DNA from: Camelus ferus
Lineage: Eukaryota
Length of the DNA: 64,000 nt
Assembly: GCF_009834535.1 (NCBI RefSeq)
Contig: NC_045697.1
Location: 27,406,001-27,470,000, forward strand
Direction of reading: 5' to 3'
Shown: piece after piece, positions 12,554 through 25,445 of the stretch
Numbering within the stretch: the stretch's first letter is position 1
Layout: the number at the start of each line of letters is the position of its first letter
Notes under the pieces: model-generated
The model's database searches: none
Seen by the model: only the letters and a program-made list of their open reading frames with translations
Told to the model about the DNA's origin: nothing
Translations under genes and position numbers: made by a program

Positions 12554-14898
12554 GTTGGTTTGTCATTTTTGATATTGAACAGGCCTGATGATTTAATTTG
12601 TTCTGACTTTGAAGTGAAGCACATCAGATGTTAAGCAGAAAAAAAAAAGATCAGGATACTCTAACATCTGTATACACATACATATTAAATACCTGTTTGC
12701 TTTTTCAAAGTAAATACTTTTTACTTTCTGGAGGTGTGATGATAATCTCACCAACTGTATTAAATTAAATCTTCTGAGAGGCATCCTTCAAATGTAAGCT
12801 TTCACTCTCTGAAGAAAGTGTTTTATTTTCTTCTCTCGCTCTCCCTACTTTGTTCTCAGCCGTAGTCTGTGCCTGGGTGTTAAGTATGAACTGATCCTAC
12901 ATAAATCATTAAAGTTTATAACCTCATTCTATGTGCATTTTTAGTGAGTTGCAGGTAACCTGAAAAACAGAGGGCTGAACTTCAAGTGAGCTGAGCTCTA
13001 TCTGTACTGATAGCAAGGTTTTAGTATGGACTCACTTAATCCCGCTGACAACTCTAGAAGGCAGAGAGCGGCCTGAAGAGGAGCCTACAACTCAGAGGAG
13101 CCCAGGGTTACACTAGTATCAAAATAAGACAGGAACTTTGAAAGTTTAGATTTTATTCATTTCCTATTTCCATAGTCACTTAACCAAAAATATTATTTTT
13201 AAAGTAGCTAAGAAGCTAACTTTTATGTACCCTGGGTGGTATAATGGCCAGAGCATGGGTCTTGGAGTGTCTAGAGCTGCCTGGATATAAAATAAGGAGG
13301 ATTTTGATCGGGAAGTCTGACTGCGCTCTTTGAAAGGGAGGCTGTACAGGTTGTGCATGCTGACCCTGCCCAGAGCAGTTTGGTATGAGAGTATGTTTCA
13401 TTGAACTTCCTCCTTAATTGCAAATCTTCATCTTTTATTGTGATGTTTATATAAAGCTGAAAGTTATTAAGACACCAAATCTGGTAAGGTTCATTTTCCA
13501 AATAAGTATGTCATCTTTAACCAGAAACAGGGAGTCAAATGCAAAGCAGTGACACCTTTTGATATGAAAGTAGTTGAGCAGTTGGAATAAACTACTGATG
13601 GATGGAGTGGGCTCTCCAGTGCCCGGTATCGAAGCTGAGAGACGGGTCACCTGTGAGGCTGCTATGGAAGGGGAGGCTGCAGTGAGGGGGTAGATCTGTG
13701 AACCCTCCGTTTTCTCCCGACTCTATTTTTCTACTATGTTCTTGTATGTTCTTGAAGGTAGAATTAAAGCAGGTGTCTAGAAGAGATTTGATAGCGATGG
13801 CATCTCTAAGTGTTCCATCAGCTAAACAACAGCTTTGGAGCACAGCTCTTTTAATCGTGTGTATGTTGGTTGAGACTTTTGCTGAAAAGCAAAAAGGCAG
13901 TTTTGTTCATCACGTAGGTCATAAACCTTAATGCTTATCCTGGCCAATCTTCTTGCAGATGACAGCCACAGAAAATCAGGATGTGGCTGTAAAATGGGAA
14001 GGATGCTGCCTGGCATCTTGGGAGTTTGGGGCAGGATCATGACTAATTTATAAGATGAGGCCAGGTTTCCGCAGAAGCAGAGCTTGTGGCTTATGCTTAG
14101 CCATGTAGCCTACCTACTCTCCTAAAAAACTCACAGTCTGGATTCGAGATGTGGTGTGGAATGGATATCGGGACTAACAGCATTACTGCTGTGTCTAAAT
14201 AGAATTTAGGAGTTTTAGGTGGGAGTGACAAAAATTTGTCAGTTTTAATCCTTAGAAGAGTCAGTTTACATTTTTCCTTTATTGATTTGTCTCCCCCAGT
14301 TTGGTAATTTAGATACAGTTCTTCTTAATGCAGCTATGAACTGAATAAGGTTGGTAGGAAGTAATAGCTATCCTCATATATTTGAGGAGATGCCATGTGA
14401 AAAGGTCAGATTGATTCGATTCTGTTCAGCCCCAGGCAGCAGAAGCATGACTAAGGGTCGAAGCTGCCTAAAGGAGGTTTGGCTCTAAATAAGAAGGAAC
14501 CATCTTCGGAGAGCCTCTCCTAATTTAGACGAAGTTTTGTTGTGATCCAGCCATGCTGGGAGCTGGGAATTTTAACACATAGTTCCTGCCCTCGAGCCAT
14601 TTATGGTTGGTAGGGTAGCTGTGGCGATGGGTCGAACCAGACAGGTGTGGGCGTATGTTAGCAGTGCAGCCAACAAGAGTTCACTGGGGCAGTAGGAATC
14701 AGGGATACCTCCTAGCTGTTTAGCTTTTTCCAACGTAGGGAAATGGGGTGGGGCAGTGTCAGTGTCTTTGATGAGGACCTGTTACGCTGGCTGTAGCTCC
14801 TCAGCATCACGGCGGGTGATGTGCAGGCAGTCGGGTTACGAAATAGGAGACCTGTGGCTGTAGCATTCACTAACGTGTTCTGAAATCGTCTGTTCCAG

Positions 14899-15060
14899 CC
14901 TCTGAAAATGATTTGCTGAACAAGCGCCTGAAGCTTGATTATGAAGAAATCACTCCTTGTCTTAAAGAAGTAACTACAGTATGGGAAAAGATGCTTGCCA
15001 CTCCAGGAAGATCGAAAATCAAGTTTGACATGGAAAAAATGCATTCGGCTGTTGGGCAAG
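14899..15060 (+). CDS. TBC1D1: TBC1D1 coding exon (162 nt), ASENDLLNKRLKLDYEEITPCLKEVTTVWEKML...MHSAVGQ
   Basis: Acceptor tgttccAG (14897-98), donor G|GTAAGC (15061). In frame with both flanking exons. Confidence 0.97.
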
Positions 15061-15434
15061 GTAAGCTTACCTGGGGACCAGTCCAGCTGGCAGCCTCGCC
15101 CTCACTGATGACCGGGGAGGCGTGTAGAATAAAAACATTTAAAGTCCAATTTCAGTGGCCATCTCTCTTCTGTTTGTCATGTCTTTACCGAATCTGTTTC
15201 CAGATGTCTTAGTTAATTAACTTGAGTTTTATCACCTTTCGTGATTCCTCTTAATTAAATTAATTAAAATGCCCAGAAGACCAAGAAATAGGAAGAAGAC
15301 AAAGGAAAGCCTAAGGGCTCAGATGCTGCAAACTGGGTAATGATGTGATGATACCCTGAGTTAAATAGTACACTGACCATGGATTGTGTGGCTTCCCTCT
15401 GGGGACTCTCAGGGGACAACGGAGTGCCTGGTGC

Positions 15435-15580
15435 AGACTTTAGGCAGGTAGTCTCAGGTTTGGATTCCAGCTCTACCAGCTGCTTTGCGGTGTGATCTTA
15501 GGCAAATGGCTTAACCTCTCTGAGCCTCACTCGCCACATGTGTGAGATGTGGGTGATGACAGTGGTGGTTGTGAGAAGCA
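15435..15580 (+). mobile_element. MIR fragment
   Basis: gattccagctctacc...tgtgatcttaggcaaatggcttaacctctctgagcctca. Confidence 0.8.
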
Positions 15581-17429
15581 CACCACATGCGTCCGCTGTG
15601 CTAGAAGGCCTTGGAGAGTGGACGGTACGTGCTCTTTGTTTTAGTGTGACCTGCTGACTGTGTGTGGGTCCGGACAGTTACTGATCCAGAGTAAGTGCGG
15701 GACTTGGGACTGTGCATCTGGGAACTTCCCCAGCAGTTTGGCAGAGTGGTCCTAATAAAAGAAATGTGGACTTCCGTATTTTGTCAGTCTTTTTTCCTCC
15801 CATTTCGTTTTTCTAATTCATTTTTACTGTATTTTATCAAAGTATCGACCTGTAGTGGATTGGAACATTTAAAAAGAACAGAAAAACTTGTCCTTCAATA
15901 CAGATAGTTTGACAGCATTTTAGAGCTTAATGATTGTTCTTCAGTGATTGTTAGTGTTCAAGCAAAACAGAACCATTTCTTTGGAAGCTTTCTGAGTCTG
16001 ATTGAGTTCTGGTCAGTCTAGGCAGGAATAACCAGGTGATTAGAATAAAGGTTGCAAACGGGTAAAAATTTTAGGTTCTCTTCTGACTTTATCAGCAGTC
16101 CAGTGGACGAAGTTACACAAGCATTATTTATCTCCAAGAGTAAATACAGCAAAGCAGTTTTCCTAGCATGGTCTATTAGGTATTACTTAACTTTTATCTG
16201 AGTTTGGAGAGCATCAGTGTTAGTAATAATACGTGTAGCTACAACTAGTTATGACTTTCCCCTTGCTATGGGTAATAAAACTTGGACCTAGAGATGTTGA
16301 GTAATGGGCCCAGGGCCACGGAGCTGGTTGCATCCCAGTCTGCTAGAGTTCTGGCCACCATCGAGCCCTGCCCACAGTTGAGTAGTGCCTCGGTAGTACT
16401 GTTCTCAGAGACTAGAAACGTGGTGAGTGGTGAGGCCTCAGGTTCTGAATCGGCCAACACCTCCCAGTGTGGCCTCACTTTTCTGGGCTCTGGCCTAGTG
16501 GCTGGTAGAATGAGAGGCATGGACCTCTCAGAGGATCTCACGGCTCTCTTCCAGTTCTCACATTCTTTGTGCCATAGCAGTTGCTGGAGGCTTACCATTG
16601 CACCATGTGGCCCCAGATTGCTGTTTTGAAAAAGGAGAAAGCAGAGAATAGAATGAGTCTTTAGTCTTTTCACTGCTGACTAGATGATGGTCTTCAGGTG
16701 GCTCTGCTTCTGCACAGGGTAAATTGCATGGTTCTGTGACAGCTGTCCCAAATGTTTGAGCTTCTTAGAAGCCTGGCACCTGGATATATATTGGTCTTCA
16801 TCAGGCATTTTATAAGAGGGACTAACTAGAAGTACTCTGAGTATCTGGAATCTGGGTAGTGAAGCTGGGGATGGATGATTGGACAGTTTATACACAGAGG
16901 TGAGCTGAGGGTACCCTGGAATTTCCTTGAGTATCCCCTGACATCACCACATCACTTTCTGTGGCAGAAACTTTGTATCTGTAACTGTAAAAGGAGATTT
17001 GTCAATCATTCAGCTGGTTTCAACATGTAAGACTGAACGACTCCAAACAAATGACCACAGTCCATCTCATAGCTCAGAATTAAAACGAGATCAAATCAGA
17101 ATCTCACCTTTGACCTTTCAGTTAGAGGCCAAGTCACTTCTGAGCCCTTAAAAGAGAAGACAGACCCTGTGTGGATAAGAAGGCTCTCCTCTTAATGATC
17201 TAAAGATCGCTAAGTGATGGAAAGAAAGAGATGTGTAAACTTCCTGAGTTAAAGCTGGATCAGAGTGGCAGGATTTTAGGGCGTCAACCTGGGAGAAGGA
17301 AGAATAATTCTAGGGAATTTTAAATAATGATTTCTCTAAAGATAGCAAGGTAGAACTTTATAATCTGGAGCATACTTTTCGAGGAATGGGATTGCAAAAA
17401 GGCCACCTGAGCAGTTGGCAGTATGGACC

Positions 17430-17706
17430 AGGTGCAAACAGTGCTCACCTTTGACCCAGCACTGACATGTATAGAAACCTATTCTAGAAATCAATCAGTC
17501 AAAAATGTACTGCAGTGGGAAGAATGTTTATTGTGGCATTGTTTAGTAGCCAAAAAACAAAGCAGAACCCCTAGACCTCCAATCGTGTGACCACACCCAT
17601 ACTCCTTGAAAATGACACAGTAGATTTGTGTTGACTGACATCAGAGATGTCTGAGGTAAGTTGTTAAATGGAAAAGAAGAGGACCGCATGGTCTCCTGTA
17701 CAGCTC

Positions 17707-17746
<40 letters not shown>

Positions 17747-18025
17747 GAGACATCCGTGACATGTGTGCAGATGCCCGAGTTGTGGGCAGGATGGCCGTGC
17801 ATCTGGGTACCTGCTTTACAACCTGTCCCAGTACAATAATTAGTAGCCTTCCTCCCCTTCTCTTTCAGAAGCTTCCTGCTTTGGGAGGTGAATTATATGT
17901 TCCCTCTAGTTAGGTGGTTTTTCACTTCCCTTTGTGTTTTCAGAAGGTTGGTTTGTTTCCCCCCCCCCCCCCCATTTAAATAATGAGCATGTATTACCTT
18001 TTAAAGTCAGTAAAAATTAAAAGGT
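17430..18025 (+). mobile_element. Ancient L1ME-type 3' fragment with embedded microsatellite
   Basis: cacctttgacccagca...aagaatgtttattgtggcattgttt, and terminal aatgagcatgtattaccttttaaagtcag. Confidence 0.6.
17707..17745. repeat. (TG)n microsatellite with one interruption
   Basis: Read directly. Confidence 0.95.
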
Positions 18026-18552
18026 TTTTACATTTTGGGGTGGGTGGCCTCCTGTCCGCCCAGAACCCTGCCTGCAGGCCCCAGTCCACTGCCAGATTTC
18101 TCTCTAGTTATGAACCGAGGCAAAACTGAGCATGGGGAGTGGTATTCCAGGTCATTCTTAGCAAAAGTATTGACTCTGATTTGCGTGACCCTTTGTTTTT
18201 AAATCAGAAAATCTAAGCTTTCTCTTAAATACCAGAATATGCGGTGCTGTCCAGTGACACAGCCATTTATTCCTTTCCTCCCAACAGTAAAGGTTTGATA
18301 AGATACTGGGAATGATTTAGTAATAAGGGGAAATTGGTCGTCTCATAACTTGGGAAAGTTTCTCAGTTTGAAAAAATTATTTTGTGAAAAGCCCCACTAT
18401 TAATCACTTAACATGCTGTTTTTCAGCCCACATTTACCTCTAATATGGTGTGAAGTATGAGGTTTGTACACACACACACACCCACACACACCCATGAGCA
18501 GGAATAGTAGGGAGAGAAGAACTAAAATAACATAAAAAGGCATCTGTCAGGG

Positions 18553-18957
18553 TGTATTAGTTTCCTGTTGCTGCTGTAACAAATGATCACAAAATTAGTG
18601 GCTAAAACAACAGAAGTTTTCCTTTCTCAGTCCGGAGGCCAGAAGTCTGAAGTCTGGGTGTGGGCAGCGCTGCGCTTGGCCACTTCCACCTCCTGGTGGC
18701 TGTTGCCTCCCTCGACTGGGGCTGCACCGCGTCAGTCTCTGCCTCTTCCTGTCTTCTTTTCTGCTGACTCTTGTAAAGACACTGTCACTGATATAGCTCG
18801 CCAACCCCCCACCCCCACCCGATAATCTCATTTCATGATCTTCCCCTGACTTAATGATATCTGCAAAGACCCTTTTTCCAAATAAGGTAACATTTACAGC
18901 TTCTGGTGACTAGGACTTGGACATACCTTTTTGGAGGTCACCATTCAACCCACTACA
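18553..18957 (-). mobile_element. MLT1B/C-type MaLR solo LTR
   Basis: tgtattagtttcctgttgctgctgtaacaaat...tctgcaaagaccctttttccaaataaggt...cattcaacccactaca. Near-TSD CAGGG (18548-52) / CAGAG (18958-62). Confidence 0.85.
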
Positions 18958-20485
18958 CAGAGTCATCTAATTAACTCTGAGATCAACAGAGAAAGTGGGA
19001 TGTGGCCACAATTAAGTGTGGCCCTGTATTTCTCCCACATGGTAAAACCGAATTCCTTACTGTACTGTGTTTCCAGGCAAGGGCTGAGTGGTGCTTTCTG
19101 AGTAGTTCCATGTGGATCTGTAATAAATGAAGTGGACTCTCTGGTTCAAATCCACAAATGATTATTTTATTATTAATTGCCAGGTAAGAACGTAAAATAC
19201 TTTCCGCAGTTCCTGTCTGAGTAGTGCTTGTCCGACAGGGAGAACTTGGAGAGAAGCTGGCAGTCACTTTCCCTGGCTGCCACTCAGCAGCCGGGAGGCC
19301 TGTTCCTCCCCTTTACCACGTGGACCAGTGCTGTACCTCCCTCAGCAGGTCGTGGGGTGATGTAAAGTGTGGAGGGTGGTGACAGCGCCTGGTCGCCTCG
19401 CAGTGACTGTCGCTGCTGCTCTTTCTCTGGATGGAAAGAAAGGTTAATCCCTGATTCAGAGGCTCCTTTTCTCCAAAGAGAATGCCTCTGAGGGATAAGA
19501 AGGGTTTGGTGGCTTATTCTGCAGTTTTCTTTGCTCCCCTTTCCCACATTTGGGCCTCATCACAGCAGAATCAGGAACTCGAGAATTTTGATTGAAAACC
19601 ATCACTTTCTAATGAGGTTTGCCTTAAGTAACATCATTGATTTTAAGAGAACTTTCCTTAGTTTTAGACATTTTTAAAGTACTTTAAGTATTCAGATTAA
19701 TCAGATCTAAAACATTAGGTAGGGGCTCTTAGATCATTTTTCTTGTTTTTAGGGCCACGTTGAGTGCCCACCAAGACGCGTTCAAGCAGACCATCCCTGT
19801 CTAACCTCTGGCCCCTTCCTCCAGCCCATCCTCCAGAAGGATGTCTAATCAGTATTCCAGAGTCTCAGCTTTGGTGCAGCTCCTCCTTCCCCAGCTCAAG
19901 AGCATTCAGTGGTTCCCTCCAGTAACCAAGTAGACTGCTGGTTTCTTGCCCTCAGTTTTGCTTCCAGCGAAGCCCTTCCAGCCCGACTGCCACCTGCTCT
20001 CTCTACTCACGCGCCATGTGCTGCGGTCCAGTTCCCTCCTCTGACTTGTCTCCTCTCTTTTCCCCCATTGAGCTCCTTCTTCCCAACTCACCTCACTTTG
20101 CTTCTGTCCCTCCTCTGAGGCCACGTTTGGCGCCGTATTTTGCACGTTTGTTCTTCTTTCCCTGGGACGTTATTAATTGGTACCAGATAAGGGCTCATGT
20201 CATTGGTCAGTTTATCCCTTGCAGAGTCTAACAGTCTGAGCGTAGTACATGCGTACTTGAAAGGTGGAAGGAAAGTGGGAGGGGGTCGGAAAGTGAGGGG
20301 AGAATGGGGGTGAGGGAAGGAAGGAAGGAAGGAAGGGAGCAAGTTTGCTTCCTTTCCCTTCCTGTGCTGTTAATTCATAATGGAATGAGAATTTGGGTCA
20401 ATGGCATGAAACACAGCTCGCTTTTATCATTAAGGTGTATTCTGTACTTGAAGTCTCTCTCTCTTTCCCACCCCCACCTGTGAAG

Positions 20486-20644
20486 GTGTGCCACGGCATC
20501 ACCGGGGTGAAATCTGGAAATTCCTCGCGGAGCAACACCACCTGAAGCACCAGTTTCCCAGCAAACAGCAGCCGAAGGACACACCATACAAAGAGCTCTT
20601 AAAACAGCTCACCTCCCAGCAGCACGCGATTCTGATCGACCTCG
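20486..20644 (+). CDS. TBC1D1: TBC1D1 coding exon (159 nt), start of TBC/Rab-GAP domain, [17 protein letters not shown]...QQHAILIDL
   Basis: Acceptor cctgtgaAG (20484-85), donor G|GTGAGT (20645). Contains the TBC RxxxW motif and the first part of IxxDxxR. Confidence 0.97.
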
Positions 20645-21654
20645 GTGAGTCTGCAGTCTATTTAACATGAAAATGGAAGTTTTCACTCACTTGAGAAATC
20701 TGGAGAGACTGTCCAAGTTATTTAGTGATCTGTCTTTAGGTTTAGCAATCAAAATTTACTACTGAGACTTTTAATCAACAAAGCCCTAGAGTGATCACAA
20801 ATGTCTGCTTCAGATGTATAAAAATCCCTCTCTGAACTGGGCAGCTTGTTAACTCTGGTCAGCCCTGGGGCGGGGGGCGGTGAGGGTCGCAGAGGCCCCA
20901 GTTGTGACCGTCGTTCAGTTCAGTAATACAGATATTGATAGGTTTGTAGTCAATAGAAGAAACATCCTGGAAACCGCAAGTGTCAGGGCTGCAGCTGCGT
21001 TTAATTATAGGAGGCACCCCTTAGTCTTTATGGCTTACAAACAGGATTTACTAGAAAAATTGTAGAAGGCAGTTTGTGTGTATACCTTGGGTGATTTTAT
21101 TTTGCAAATAGGCAGGAATCTTGTCTCTTAAACAGTTTTAAAAACGCTAAGGTGGAAACTGTATTGAGTACACTTGCGGTTAGCACGGTGAAGAGCTTGT
21201 GGAATCAGGATGTGATCACAATGCACAAGACCTGTCAGTGACCCCAAGTGGGGACTTCCTTTCCTCCTGCTGCCTCTCACCGGGGCCTCTGTCCCCTGGG
21301 GAGGTCCACCGGCTTCGTATGTCAGGAGCTCAGCCCTGGTACTTCTAGAGCACGTGGTCCTGCTTCCAGAACACCCACCCCAGCCAGTGCTTTGGGCCCC
21401 ACGGAGGCCTGGCTCTTTGAGTTCCCACCGCACAGCATCCTGGAGGGAGAGAGGACTTTACAGTCACTCGAGGTGTGAGGGTGAGCTGGAGCGGGCAGCT
21501 CCTAGGCCTCTCTCCCCAGGCCTGAGCTTAAATGTCCCCCTGAGAAACTGGCCCTGACATGGCCCCTTCTCCCACCTGCAGCTGCATTCGGTGACTCTGC
21601 TCAGCCTTTCTGTCCCACCCTGTACGCTCCCCTCGTGATACCACGTTTATCATT

Positions 21655-21870
21655 ATGACAATTATTGCTATTTAAAGCTAATACTTAACTTTTCCTTGGG
21701 CCAAATGTGCGAGGTTACTTAAACTTTATTTAATTCCTCACAACACGATCAGGGAAGTATTGTTCTATCCTTAGTTAGAGTTGAGAATAGTGAAATGCAG
21801 AGAGGTTAAGAAATACCTGAAGTGACACGGCTGTTGTTCTGCCGTGCAGTGTGACTCCAGGCCTCTGCTC
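21655..21870 (-). mobile_element. MIR fragment
   Basis: atttaattcctcacaaca...gcagagaggttaagaaatacctgaagtgacac. Confidence 0.6.
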
Positions 21871-24800
21871 CCCCCAGCGCCCCCCATCACTGTCCTCAGT
21901 TATGTGGCAGAGCCTTTTTATGGCCTTTCTCCCCAATAGGGTGTAGCCCTCCCTCTGTGGGCTGGTCCAAGGCTGTTTGTAGCTGTACCCCAGCTCCTGG
22001 GACAGAAGCCGTCGTGTAGTAGGTGCTCAGTAAGTCTCTTGGTGTTGAATATGAGGCAGGCACTAGCATCCCAACCTCACGCAAACCTCGCAACAGCCCT
22101 GGGAAATTGGACCTGTATCCTTTTTAAGAAATGAGGATGCTCTCTGAGGCATGAGAGGTCAACTGTGGACCACGGCCACACGGCTAACTGCCAGGACCTG
22201 AGCCCACTCTGGCTCTGGGCTGCAGTAGACCCTTCCATTCCTCAGGCCCTCTGCACCAGGAGCCCCAGTGTCCTTAGGAGATGACCGGCTGGGTGACGGG
22301 TGATGCAGACAGGCCATGATTGCACCTTGGGGACGGTGAAAATGTGAGGCCTGGGGCTGGGGCCCATTTGGCCTGTTGACCCCGAGGAAAGCAGTTTTAT
22401 GGATTGGCAGTAGCTGTGTTTGCTAATGTGATGAGTAACAGGAAAAATGACATCATGTTCCTACCATGTGAAATGAAGAGAAAAATAAATTGAGAGTAGG
22501 AGGCTGAACGGGCGGAGGGGGGTACGGACAGTTTCTCTGCACGCCCCCCTCCCAGGGAGGGGAGGGGATATGTTCCCCCTCCTGATTCAGATGTTCTCCT
22601 CTCTTCGTTTTTCTTTCAGTAAGTACTCTTGTCATTGGGCGGGATGTGTCCTCTGCCCCTGGAGCTCAGACACAGTCACTTTTCTGCAGAGGGAAGAAAA
22701 GGCCAGATGAGGCAAGGGCCTCAGCGAGGCTCCTCGGGGAGCTGTGTCTGTGCAGCCGCACCTCAGGTGCCTCCCTGCCCAGAGGCCCGCGGCAGCCTCT
22801 CCTCTAGTTGGCATGGGGTGTGTGCGAGCTGAGATTTGGCCTTCCCTCCTCCTGGGCTGGGCTGGGCTGCACTCACATCCTGTTCACCCCCGCCTGTCTC
22901 CCACATTCACGCTCTGCACCCCCGAAGGCTGGGTGCACCCTCCCCTCCCCGGCAACGCCAGCCTCGTCTCTCCACCTGGCTTCTCTCCAGTCATGGTCCC
23001 AGTGTGGATGCCCGCTCTGTGCCCTCCCAGGGCCCCAGAGAGGCTGTTGCCTAGGTAACCGCCCTGCCTGTGTCCAGGCATCCTCCAGGCCCAGCCTTCT
23101 CTCCCCACTTGAACTGGGAGAACCTGAGTGTTGGCCCAGCCCAGCAGTAGGCCCTGTGCCCTGCCTGCCAGGATCTGGCTCCGCTTGGCCAGGTTCAGGG
23201 AGGGCTCACTTAGAAGTTCCTCCAGACTTTGCCCATTACTTCCCCCTCACCTCTCACCAAGGTGGTATTGCCAAGTCAGTTGTTTTGTCTACGCTTTTTA
23301 TTTAGCCTACACTGTGGCTCACTCAAGGCCCAATAGAGGTGTGCAGGGCAGAGCAAAAACCAATCATGTTTCAGTGTTTCCTAAAAAGTGACATCATATC
23401 CTGGCCAGCAGAACAGAATGCTTGTTGGTTGGATGTATTTTGGGTTTTCATGCATGTTTATATTCCTGCCTTTTGCTTTACTTTCTAAAATTAGCTGTTA
23501 ATCTAATCAGTTTTGCAAGATTTTTTTTTCCCTCCAAAGAGCAAGAATACACTAGACTTTGTAGTTGGACAGTGAACCATATTCTCTAGCTTTGTTGGAT
23601 TTCAACTTTGCACAGCCCTGTATGATCTTGGACACATATTATTTCCACTTTGGAGGTGATGAATGAGGCACAGAGAGCTTATGTGCTTTGCCCAAGTTAC
23701 AGGCTCCTGCTCAGTGGCAGGAAGTTCTAGAACCTGGGTCTTCTTAGTCTTTGTATCATTGTTCCTTCTAGGACACCGTATGTCTTGTCTTTCTTGGCCC
23801 TGCGGGCTGCAGACCCACACTGCTTTCCCTCCTCTGGTGAGGTGGAGAAATGCTGTCAGAGTTGGCCACGCCCAGCCAGGGGAAAACAGCAGAGGAGATG
23901 ACACTTAGCAGATCACACTTAGGCCCTAGTTCGGGAACCTCCCCCTGCCCACCTTGTGCCGCCCTCAGGTACTTGTGATCTTTCTTCCTTCTCTTTTCTT
24001 GCTCACCCTCCTGGCGGGGCGCCTGGTGCTGCCCAGCATCCTGCCTTGTGGCTATGCCTCCATCTAGTCATGGCCACATGAAAGGCCGTGGGGGACACTG
24101 AGCAGCGAGCTGGAGACCCTGTTCAGGCTCCACGTCACCCTCCACCGTGTCAGCTGCTCCTCTCCCGGGCATCCCGCAGACAGTGCTTCCCCGGGGAGGC
24201 TGCCCAGCGTCCCCCATGATAGGAGAGGTTAGCTACAATAACCCTTGAATGGGTCCAGAAATGTAGGGACACCATTAAATCAGAGAGCAGACTTAGAAAC
24301 TGCTCCTAATCAGTCCCACATCAATTACGTATCGTTTTAATGTGCTCTCTAGGTAAAGTGGTGGCTTAGTTTACAAACCCTGCAGAGGTCTGATGGGTCT
24401 TTTGGTGACCAGAAGTAGCCATTTTTGGTGGCCTTCTAGAGACTTGCTGTCACTGGCACCGAAGTGGGATTGGGCACGCCAAGGCTGCAGTGAGACAGAG
24501 CACGTATCCAAAAACACATCTGGATCAAGAATCCAGCGTGGCAGCTGTTGTATTGGTTTTTGCTTCCACTTAACGTATTTTAACCAAAGGTGTAAAACCT
24601 GCCTGGTGTCTGGAAGAACAGGAGCTATAGTCCAAGTATAAAAGGGAATTTTTCCTTGCTGTTTTAGAATCCTTAAAAGATGAGAAGAGCCGGCAAATTG
24701 AAGGATCAGCTGAGAGTATTTAAGGTGACCGACCATGGAAGGGCGGAGGAGAGCGCCTCCCTCCTCCATCCCTGCCTGCTCGTTTGCCATGAGGGGCGGG

Positions 24801-25268
24801 GTGCCATGTGCTTTGAGTAGTAGATGGGGCTGTTCATTATGAGCAGATGAGTGCTGGTGGCAAGCACCGCTTTCTGTTTCATCTTTGGCTTGAAGTCCTG
24901 GGTGAAAAACTAAGAAGCATTAATGGCAAAAGAGAGAAAAGTACCTAGCACTTGCCATGCAGCAGTCTTGTTACGGGACACACCTGTCTGTCCAGTTGGG
25001 ACCTTGCCTTATGGGAGTCAGTTAAAAATCATGGCTTAAGAGTCTAATTAAAGTTTTTGTGCCAGAAGCTACACACCTGATTCCAAAGGGTCTGCCATTG
25101 CCTCCGATATCAAGAACCCACCATGAGATCAAATTTACTTGATCATTCTAAAAATCTTCTCTAACCTTGAAGTTATGTAACTAAACACGGGTGGTGCAAG
25201 AGTAGAGTGGGGTGACCTCCCTTGCTTTCTGAGAGGCCTAACCTCTCCCTACGTCCTTCCAGCCAGTC

Positions 25269-25445
25269 AGGGGTGTGCTGGCAAGTATTTACCAACCAGC
25301 TCAACCCCTCAAAAGAAGCTGATGCCAATTTTTGCAGATTTCCATGGTGTAAATACTCTCACTTTGGCTGAACTGAAGCTACCAATATGATGTGGAGTTG
25401 AGCAGAGATGTGAACAGGCCAGTAGGAGCCAGTTTCAGCAGCCGT
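25269..25445. mobile_element. MER63-like hAT-Blackjack MITE
   Basis: caggggtgtgctggcaagtattt...gatttccatggtgtaaatactctcac...aagctaccaa...ggagccagtttcagca. Confidence 0.65.

Noticed and set aside
23485..23494. MEF2-like CTAAAATTAG in a muscle-expressed gene
   Set aside because: A single degenerate AT-rich match is expected by chance in 64 kb.
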